Part shown: positions 36,483-46,125 of the stretch, piece by piece
Layout: each line of letters starts with the position of its first letter
Numbering within the stretch: position 1 is the first letter of the stretch
From: Stegostoma tigrinum
Lineage: Eukaryota
Length of the DNA: 64,000 bases
Direction: 5' to 3'
Assembly (NCBI RefSeq): GCF_030684315.1
Contig: NC_081396.1
Location: 434,001 to 498,000 of the forward strand
Made by a program: the position numbers and the translations under genes
The notes under the pieces: model-generated
Database searches by the model: none
What the model was told of the DNA's origin: nothing
The model's input: the letters and a program-made list of their open reading frames with translations, nothing else

Positions 36483-39456
36483 CTGAAACGTAAATAGACA
36501 AAACCAATATATAAATTCATGGCAAATTGGAGAGTTTGGGTTAAAGCTACAAGCAGCTGTTTCTGAAAACAATTACACTGTCAGACACAGAGTTTACACA
36601 TGTACATATCATCTGTGACTCAGTTGGGTCTCACTCTCACGTCAAATTCAGAAGGTGATGGGATCAAACTCATTTCAGAATTGAGCACATACTAAGGGAG
36701 TGTCCCACCGTCTTCCATATCAGAAATTAACTGAGAGCACAAATTAAGTAATGAATAAATTAATTTATTATAAAACTGACAGGATCAAATGGTAATTTAT
36801 ATAATTGGCAGAATTTGACTCAAAAATTATGATAAGAGCAAGACTTGTTTCGAGGTGAGAGTAATTGAGATATTAAAATACCACAGAACATAAACAAGTG
36901 ACATTTCCAATCTGCAGAAAAATGGGAATACTAGCAAGAAAGGGATCAGGACCCATAGAAATATATCGTCCAAGAGACTGTGAGTTCAAATCTTACCCTG
37001 GTGAATTGAAATGGTTATGGCTGTTGATTTGCATGGAGTGGCACCAGAACACACACTCTGGAGAAAGTGGCAGATTAATACAAACCCTCAAGGTACTTTG
37101 CAGAGGGAAATCTGTCATCTTATTTCAGTGTCCCTTGACATCAAGTGCGACTCAAAATCTATGAAATTCTGTCTTGAGTTAATGACTGAGCTTCCATGCT
37201 CCAAGACTTTGGGAGTGTGTGTGAAATCAAACAACTGGTAAAAGCCAATGAATAGTTGGTGATTGTCAGTGGAAAGGGGGAGCTGGTGCAGGCTGGGGAG
37301 GTAAATAAAGAAATTATTGTTGAAGTTACCTTGACAAAATATTGGACAACTGCAAAATGGAGGTCAACACAGACAGTTCATCTATCAGGCTGGAATCTTG
37401 TATTATTCAAAGGAACAGCAGGTATACACTTATCCCACAGACTTGAGTAGACTGGAATATTGTGCGGGTGTGAAGGCAATGTACCATCTGGTTCAATCAG
37501 TTTGAACGTGGTTGATTATCTCATGATCTTATTGTTGTTTTTCTAGATATTAGATACTGTGTTCCCTACATTCCACTGATCACAACACTTCAAATGTATT
37601 TCATTAGCTGCCAAAAGTTTTCCCAAAGGCAAGATATAAATTCAGGCATTTTGAAAAAAACAGTGAAACTAAATCAATTAGCTGTACGTCTCAGAAATTG
37701 GGGTGTGAGCACTTGACAAAGTTTTAATTCTATTTCTCTCTGCACTGACTTTGATGGAGCAGCTGATCTTTTCCAGTGTAGGTGACAGGATCGTATCAGT
37801 CAATATCATTTACAGGTGACGGTCTTTCACATCCTGGAGCCAGTGGGCCAGAAGTATAATTCATAATTCAATAATAATTCAGAATTCAGAATTCAAACAG
37901 TGTTGGGAAATGGTGGTCAGGGCATGGATCTGGGGATAACTTTGATAAACTCCTGAGGCTGTCAGCATTGTGCTGAAATACAGTAGTAATGAGGAGAATG
38001 ATGAGTGTCACTATATCGTTAGAGAGCTGGAATTTATAAAATGGTATTCAGGGTGAACCTAGCCTGGAGTGATTCTGGTGAGTGTGATTCTCAGCCCAGG
38101 TTACAGTCCACCCTGGTCTCTTTCCTACTGTACTCAATGGGATTGAAAATCTGGGCAGCTGTGAAACAAATGGGTGATTCAATGTAACCTGATGTGTTCT
38201 GCAGCCAAGACCACGTTCACCCTCTGTGTGTAATTGGTGAAACCTCATTTCATGTCTGTGTGTAATTCTGAATTGTCCAACAGAGCTAAAGGATACTGTG
38301 GTCCATGAGAACTCAAGGTCCAACAGATTCAGAATGGCTCAGAGTTTTAAGAAGAGAAGTGCGGGGTAAGATGAAGCAGATTGATGTTCTTTCCTTTGGA
38401 AGAGTTGAGCAGTATAATGTTTTGGCACTGGTGTACAACAGACAATGGCTGTTCACTCATCAGTGCCTCAATGGTTGCAGTTTCACTTCAAAACCAGAAG
38501 GTTGGGGGTTTAAGCAGATTCGTGAGCACAGCGTCGAGGTTGATATAACTAAGAGAGAGCTACACTGTTGGGGGCAGGTGCGGCTGGGCTTTTAGATCAG
38601 ACATTAAATTGATTTCTGAGTATACCATACAGTATTTATCTCCAGCCAACATCATTAAAAGCCATTGCCCGGTCAGTATCTTATTATTCATGAGTCCTGG
38701 TTTGCACAAAATGCCTTCACAAAACTGACAGCACTTCAGATATACTCAAAACCGTGACATCCCAAATTCATGGAACGTGCTAGAAAATACAAGTTATTTA
38801 CTTTCCAACTACTTCAAGCATATCACAAAGAGTATTGGCTAATACAATAAAGATGTTTTGGTATCTAGACAGAATATGCAGCATAGAATGTGTCCTTTTG
38901 GCTGATCAGTCCATGCGTGTTCATACTCTGCTCAAGCCTCCTTTTATTCCATTTATTCCTGGGCTCAGTACTCACTATCGGAGCCAGTATTTATTACTTA
39001 TCCCTAACTGCCTTGGAGGAAGTGATGGTGAGACATTTTCTTGAACCCATGCTGACCATTTAGTGTACAGACACCCACGCGTGCCAGTGACGGTAAATGT
39101 CCAACAACATAGATCCAGGTAGAGATGGGGAACGTGAACATGGAGAGGTTTCAAAGCACTTACAGCCCTTGTCCTTCTAGATAGTGGTGGTTGTGGGTTT
39201 GGAAGAGACTGTTGAAGGTGCCTTCGTGATTTATTGCAGTGCATTGTGTAGGTAGTGCACACAAAGGGTCAGTGCTGGAGGGAGCAGATATTGAAGGGGT
39301 TAAAAGGATCCTCATCTACCCCATCATAATCATCCATTCCCTTCCCCCTCATGGGCTTGTCTTGCTTACCTGTAAAATCCATCTCTACTCTTCACTTCAA
39401 CCATTCCGTACTTTAACAATTTCACATTCTCACCACTCTTCGGCTAAAGAAGCTCC

Positions 39457-40190
39457 AGGTTGTGGCCTTGCTCGCTGAGCTGGCTTGTTTTTGTTCAGCT
39501 GTTTCATCACCATGCAAGGTGACATCAGACGTGGTGCCTCCGATAAAGTGATGTTATACTACTCCGCTTGGAATTTATACTGTCCGGTTTGTTATGGTGA
39601 GCCCAGTCAGTTCCGGTTTTCATCTGTGTGGACTTACATATGGGTCCAGTTCGATATGTTTGTTGATTGAAGAAAGGGTAGAGAACGATGCCTCTAGGAA
39701 TTCCCGTATGTGTCTATGTTTGGCTTGGGCTCTGATGGTTACCTTGTCCCAGTTAAACTGATGGCCTTCATTGTCTGAATGGATTGATATGAAGGAGACG
39801 TGCCATTTTACTGCCAGCTGATTTTCATGAACAGCAAAACGGCACAACAAACTCTCCTTAATCCATTCAGGCAATGAAGGCCATCAGTTTAACTGGGACA
39901 AGGTAACCATAGTAGCCCAAGCCAAACATAGACATGCACAGGAATTCCTGGAGGCATGATTCTCCAACCATACTTCAATCAACAAACATATCGAAATGGT
40001 CCTCATATACAAACTCATACAGATCAAAACCATAAATGACACTACTCACCATAACGGACTGAACAGTATAAATTCCAAGCAGAGCAGAATAACATTGCTT
40101 CATCGGAGGCACCACGTCTGATGTCACTTCGAATGGTGATGAAACGGCTGAACAAAAACAAGCCAGCTCAGCGAGCAAGACAATAACCTC
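39457..40190. mobile_element. Penelope-like element 3' region (GIY-YIG C-terminus and tail) as two inverted copies
   Basis: HSDNEGHQFNWDKVTI..QAKHRH.REFLEA appears on both strands. Arms lie at about 39457-39805 (-) and 39841-40190 (+). Confidence 0.8.
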
Positions 40191-40194
40191 CATA

Positions 40195-41230
40195 CCCCTT
40201 AATGTCATCAGTCTCCAGAACTGCATTGATTTCTGTCTTGAACCTGATGAATGATTATACTTCCACAGCCCTATGGGTAGAGAATTCCACAAGATTTACT
40301 CCCCTCAGAAAGGAGAAATTCCTCCTCATCTCAGTTGTAAATGACCAGACTCTGGTCCTAATATTATTGGTCCCCTGGTTCAAGATTCACCAGCCAAGGG
40401 AACTGTCCTATTTACATCCACCCTGTCAGCCTCTAGGAATTTTGTCAGTTCATTAAGATCACCTCACATGCTTAAAACTCCAGAGGATACAGACCCAGTT
40501 TCATCAATCCCTCTTCATGAGACAACCCTGCCATCCCAGGGATTAGTCTGGTAAACAATCTTTGCACTGCCCCCATGGCAAACGTATCTTTCCTCGATAA
40601 GGGGACCAAAACTGTGTACAGTGCTCCGGGCATGGTCTCACTAAGGCCAGAGACAACTGCAGCAAGACATCTTTACAGTCATACTCAAATCCCTTTGAAA
40701 TTAATGCCAACATACCGTTTCCTTTCTTAGCTATACCCAACCGCTAGGTTTGAGTGACTCATGGACAAGGGCACCCAGATCCCTTTGGACACTTGCACCT
40801 CCAAATCACACCTCCTGTTTTTTTTAATCAAAGTGAATAACTTCAGACTCCTCTCTTCTATCAGCCCAGTTCTAGCCTATTTACAAAGCCAGTCCAAATC
40901 TTACTGAAGTCTGTTTGCACCCGCCTCACAAATCATGCTCCCAGCCAGTTTGATGTCATCAGAAAATATGCAGATATTCACATTGGTTCACACATCTACA
41001 TCATTTATATGGATTGCAAGCAGTTGTGGAACTAGCATTGACCCTTGTATCACCCCAGTAGTAACAGCCATCCTGAGAATGATCCATTTATTCCAACTCC
41101 CTGCCTCTGCCCAGTGACCGATTCTCTAATCATACTTGTATATTTCCCCCAAATCTAATCTATTATCCCCAGTGTGGGAACTTCTCACATGTCTTCTGAA
41201 AATCCAGAAGCTACATGCATTGGTCCCACT
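40195..41230 (-). mobile_element. Degenerate CR1 LINE
   Basis: LLQLSLALVRPCPEHCTQFWSP and WNSLP. Confidence 0.75.
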
Positions 41231-43812
41231 CTGTCCATGCGACAAGTACCAGTGTATGGTAACTCTTTGGTGAGACTAATCACACAATCTCACCACCCTG
41301 TTACTGCCAGAGGGCTGTCAAATGTTTTCCTTTCAATATCAATACTATTTCATTTTGATTTTGAATCTGATCCTCCTGTCCCTTCGGGCAGAATATAACA
41401 GATCACAAGAATGCCCTGGGTAAATGATGTTGCCATAAATTTTACCCTGAATTATTCTCTCTCAAAATTTCCTCAGACATGTCATCAGGCTGACTGGACT
41501 GTAATATGTCAGTAATATTCCTGCTTTTAATTCCCTCCCTTATATCCTCCAGCCACTTTCTCAATGTCATTCAGAATTTTAAATACCCTTTCCCATCACT
41601 GATGTAATCAAATTACAAGCTTCTAGATCCTCAATAGTTGAAGTAGAGAGATTTGAAATGTCTTTCAATGTTAACAGGAGCTCACGCCGTACGCTGTAAT
41701 GGCCGTCATCCAGTATATTACAGTCCGATATCAACATCCTTCTGCAGACATCATCCCCTCACACTGAACTGATCCTTTCAACATCTTTCGAAATGTTCCA
41801 GCTTTAACCCCATTGATGGGTGGTGGGACTGTCGACTGGAATTGTGGGACACAGAGGGTGAGAAAGTTGAAAGATAAAGTCTGATGACTGAAATCAGGGG
41901 AAGAGAAGGAGAGACCAAAGAAAAAAGAAAGAACTGACAAAAAACGAAGAAAAGATAGTGGAAGACAAAAGGAAAGATGAGAAAGGAAGGAGAGTGCACC
42001 CAGTGAGCAAATTCAGACAAGAGGCTGAACAAGAACAACTGCAGATACACATCTAGAATCACCCAACTACAAGAAATATTTGTCCAGTGTTTTATGTCTT
42101 CCTGGTGAGGAAGAATGAGAATTGGAATCACACAGACTGAGGTGTGACACTCCAGTAAAATTGACTCCGAGCTCACTCAGTGTTTGTGATCAGGGATGTT
42201 CCCACCACACAGTCCATGTTACAATCAAACACTGCAGCCAAGAAACTGTTCACAGTGGGCGAAGGAAACCTGAGGTGATTGCCACCCTGTTCCACACTGT
42301 GCTCAGCATTCAATTCCGGATCAGTCCCTGGAATTCAGGCTCAGGCAGTGGGCAGGACGAGTGGCAGGTCCGAGAACTGCCTGTTTTGTCTCACTCACTG
42401 GGAGGAATTTCTAAGCCAGTGATCCCAGGGAGATAGAGGAGGTGCAATGAATGTTTACTGTGTGCTTCTTGTAAAAATAATCTTTTTTGCTAAAAAATGT
42501 CAACATGTCCTCAGGAGGACATGTTGAAATCGTCATTGTCCTTCCTGTTTATTTTGTTAATGATGTTATTAAAACAAATCTATTTCAAATAAATGTGAAA
42601 AAACTCATCTTAAAAAGCACACGGCAGAATATTATAGTTCTCATGAATAATCAGAGAATCAGGTTCCTTCACAAAACTCTCCATCCCATCCAGGAAGCTT
42701 GTGAAATGTCAATTGATATCAAATGGATCATAACCCTGCCACTGAGAAAGGATCGTGCCCTTCCTTTCCAATATGTCTAACTTATATTTCAGGGATCAGA
42801 CCAACTAAAAGAGCACAGTGGTCAGAGCTGGCTGAATATTAAACCTTGTTCCACTAACCCTGTAACAATAAATCATATTCCTGCCCTACGGAATTCCACT
42901 CATGGTGAGATTTATGCATCGACCAGTTCATTTATTAGTCTGAAGTACCTTTGTTGAATGCTTTAATCCAATAATTGTAAATATAGAAACAGTGAACCAA
43001 AACATCTAATATCAACAAAAAAAAAATTGATCCCATGCTGTTATTGCACAAGAATGATTTCAACCAAACAGAAACTCTTGCAGTTCTCAACCCTTCAATG
43101 TGGGTCCAGTTAGAGATGAGATTTCAGAGTGAGAGATGGCTTGAAGTCTCACAGATAATTGAACAATTAATATCAAAACACGCATGTCAATGAGACTCAA
43201 CTTTATTCCACACATAGCCAGCTTTCTGTCTTCCAGTGAATTCTCTGGACATATGCTGTAAACATGTTGGGCTGAGTTACTTTAAATATAAAGTAATCCC
43301 TGTGTCTCACTCTGTCCAAATCATTTCTGTTTGTTTGCCAAATTATCAAGTAGAATCTGGAACCTATTATTCTTAAAACTGTTCAACAAGGTATGAACTA
43401 CATTAGCAGAAAATGTAAACAACTATGACACCAATGACTGAATCACAAAACAATTGAATCATATATTTTAACTCCAATTATAACAAAATCCTTCAAGTAT
43501 CCTAAAGTCCAAAATCATCAAACCTGCCCAACACAAGTATCCTGAATAATGTAAACTGGACCAAGCTGAACATATCAAACAGATCCTGGAATCCTGGATT
43601 TTCTGGGGTTTAATATGAACAATTGAGTAGAAATCTCATCTCAGATTTCACTTCCAGTTACTGGGTTTATTCTTGACTCAATAGAAATTCACCACTCTAG
43701 GATGGAATCATGTAACTGTCTGAAATATCTCACTGATTTTACTGAATTATCAAAAACACAAATTAAATACAATGTACAGTAGAAAAGAGTAGAATTGAGA
43801 AGGTTGTCTTAC

Positions 43813-43855
43813 CTGAAGTCACTTCCAGAAAGGTTCCGCTGCCCCAGTAGCCCAG
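43813..43855 (-). CDS. IgW: IgW JH segment
   Basis: CTG GGC TAC TGG GGC AGC GGA ACC TTT CTG GAA GTG ACT TCA G|gtaag encodes LGYWGSGTFLEVTS, with the WGxG motif. Confidence 0.96.
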
Positions 43856-43894
43856 CACTGTGCTCTGTCTCTTTATTCACCTAATACAATAACT
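43856..43894 (+). other. J 23-bp-spacer RSS
   Basis: Reading away from J: CACTGTG, 23 nt, ACAATAACT. Confidence 0.9.
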
Positions 43895-44214
43895 GACCCT
43901 GAGCACCGTATATAATAATCCCCAGGGAATGTAAATATAGACTGTGTTGGAACCTGGAGCAGCAACTTCCCGTATTTTCATTTGAAATTCCATCTTAATC
44001 CTGTCCCAAATGTATCCAATAATGCTTTCACATTTTTCCTGTTTGTTGACACCAGATCCTGCAGGTTACCAAGAAACAGAATTGCCTCCTTTTTGCTTTT
44101 TATTCTCCCAGAAATCAACATTTTTCCTGACAATCTGAGCCAGTGTCTAGATATTTTACTCTGGGAAACAGGAATGGGAAATCCATGGATATACGTGGTC
44201 ATTAGGAACGGGGC

Positions 44215-44283
44215 TGTTTATGTCAAGCTTTGTGCTGCTGTGATGCTGTATCCATCACAATGCTTCATCCGAGATCAGAAACA
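44215..44283 (-). other. IgW: DH2 segment (core 44243-44255, ATGGATACAGCAT) flanked by 12/12 RSS
   Basis: J-facing RSS is CACAGCA-12-ACATAAACA. V-facing RSS is CACAATG-12-TCAGAAACA. Confidence 0.9.
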
Positions 44284-44623
44284 ACAGCTGAAGGATCCAG
44301 CCTGAAATCAAACATCCCGGACAAACAGCTGGCTGCTTCATGAACTCCCCGCTCTGTATCTGTGTCTCTCCCACACACCAGGAGTCAATGCTGGGGTTTT
44401 CAGTACTGTGCAGGAAGATGAGACAAGTCCACAAAAACTTTTCATTTTTCATCATTGTTCTTCTGTTCCTCACTACTCTTTTCATCTTTCAAGTAATACC
44501 TTCATGGCAAGTTCTTCCCACATCCAGGTTATTGAATCGGAATCTGATTTATATCCACTGCTCTGGAGCTGAAGGCCAGTGACAGCACCCAGTGAGTGCA
44601 GTTTAAATTGCTTTCCTGTGCTC

Positions 44624-44705
44624 GGTTTTTGAATGGAGAGGGTTCCCGTTTCTCTCACTGTGACCCAACCGTATACACACCGCGATGGAGAGCTCTACAT
44701 GAATC
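44624..44705 (-). other. IgW: DH1 segment (core 44663-44677, TGTATACGGTTGGGT) flanked by 12/23 RSS
   Basis: V-facing RSS is CACCGCG-12-ACATGAATC. J-facing RSS is CACAGTG-23-TCAAAAACC. Confidence 0.9.
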
Positions 44706-45018
44706 TCCTCCACTTTCCCTGTCACGAAATACAGTCACTTCACATTTAAACTGATCGCACTGACACTGCTCCAAGTGAGCAATGCTGCTCTGAGCCTCCC
44801 TGCCCGGGGATGCCCTCTCCTGTTTCAGTCCAGAGAAATCTTTGTTCACGTCCCGACATCCTCTTCCCATCGTGTCGCCAGCGGCAGGAACCCTCTGTGA
44901 ATAAGCACATTTCCCTATTCACTGGAAAGCCAGGAAGGGAATGAAGCTTTGCTGATAGCTGGGGCTGCGTGATCATTTCTTCCCTTTCACTGATTCCCCT
45001 GACGATATTCGCTCAGTG

Positions 45019-45057
45019 AGATTTTGTGCCAGTCCAGCCTCACATCCTCTCACTGTG
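45019..45057 (-). other. V 23-bp-spacer RSS
   Basis: CACAGTG, 23 nt, ACAAAATCT directly after TGT GCG AGA. Confidence 0.95.
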
Positions 45058-45356
45058 TCTCGCACAGTAATAGATGGCAGTGTCGCCCATTCTCAGTTCG
45101 CTGATGGTCAGGTAGGCGACTGTGGTGGAGCCTCTTGAAGGGACGAATCTGCCTTGAATTCCAGGCGCGTAATCACTCCTGCCACCCTGCTTGTAATTGA
45201 GTAACCATTCCAGGCCTTTCCCGGGGACCTGTCTGACCCAGTGCATCCAGTAGTCATCCAGGCTGAACCCACTCACTGAACAGATCAGTTTGTGAGACTC
45301 CCCCGGCTTTTTCACAACTGACTCGGGCTGGTTCAGCACGATCTCAGACCGGACAC
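45058..45356 (-). CDS. IgW: IgW VH exon (germline, unrearranged)
   Basis: ttcacag|GT GTC CGG TCT, then EIVLNQPESVVKKPGESHKLICSVSGF..WMHWVRQVPGKGLEW...DTAIYYCAR. Open frame with canonical Cys/Trp/Cys. Confidence 0.97.
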
Positions 45357-45476
45357 CTGTGAATAAAAGAGAAACAGAAGAGAGTTCACTTTAATAAACC
45401 AGTCAGATAAACAGAGTCACAGAATCTGGGAAGAAGCAGCCTCACTGTGTGGGGAGAAAGCCTCGGGAGCTCTCAC

Positions 45477-45522
45477 CTGTCAGACAGAGCAGGAGGACGC
45501 AGAGATAAGGAAGAATCCCCAT
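45477..45522 (-). CDS. IgW: IgW leader exon
   Basis: ATG GGG ATT CTT...MGILPYLCVLLLCLT G|gtgaga. Hydrophobic signal peptide, phase 1, 120-nt intron to V. Confidence 0.95.
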
Positions 45523-45579
45523 CGCTGTGTGGAACCAGAGGCAGAGTCAGACACTCCAGAAATCCAGCTGCTTCAGGAC

Positions 45580-45760
45580 GCCTTTATCTGGAGCTGGAGT
45601 CAGTGCTGTTTAAATAGGGGAGTGAAGTGAGCGAGGGTCCCACAAGTTCAACAGCAGCTCCACCCACTGAAACCAAAAACAGAGTTTCCTGTCCCCGCCT
45701 CCAGCACAGATTTCAATTCTCTGCCAGTTAGAAATTTATGCAACAGGTGATCAGCAGCAA
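45580..45760 (-). promoter_or_regulatory. Putative VH promoter
   Basis: TATTTAAA at 45609-45616, about 87 nt upstream of the ATG. GC box ccccgcctcc at about 45693 and E-box CAGGTG at about 45744. No perfect octamer. Confidence 0.55.
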
Positions 45761-45849
45761 TAATCAGATTAAAGATCCTGTCACAGTTTGTCCTGTTTAT
45801 TTATTTCAAAAATAAAGTGCTTGTGAACATCAAAGAAACTGAGAGATTC

Positions 45850-46125
45850 CAGTCAGTGTGCAGATATCTCCATGAGAGAGAGAGAGAGAGAGGCAGAGAG
45901 AGTGAAAGATAACAGGCGACAGAAAGAGACACCAGTTGGTGTGCAGATATCTCCGTGAGAGAGAGAGAGAGAGAGAGGCAGAGAGAGAGAAAGATAACAA
46001 GCGACAGAAAGAGACACCAGTTGGTGTGCAGATATCTCCATGAGAGAAAGAGAGAGATAGAGGCAGAGAGAGAGAGATAACAGGCGACAGAAAGAGACAC
46101 CAGTTGGTGTGCAGATATCTCCTTC
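45850..46125. repeat. ~84-bp minisatellite (3+ units) with an embedded (GA)n tract
   Basis: cagatatctcc recurs at 45861, 45944, 46029 and 46112 (periods 83, 85, 83). Confidence 0.95.

Noticed and set aside
45443-45449. Heptamer CACAGTG in the leader intron
   Set aside because: No nonamer at 12 or 23 spacing.
26529-45522. IgNAR or IgM identity for the cluster
   Set aside because: The V is a conventional VH with full FR2/CDR2 (WVRQVPGKGLEW). There is a CH1 with an extra Cys, six C domains, two D segments and a Cys-rich short tail. All of this fits IgW.
45850-46125. CRISPR-like array
   Set aside because: Eukaryotic context, and whole units repeat with no unique spacers.
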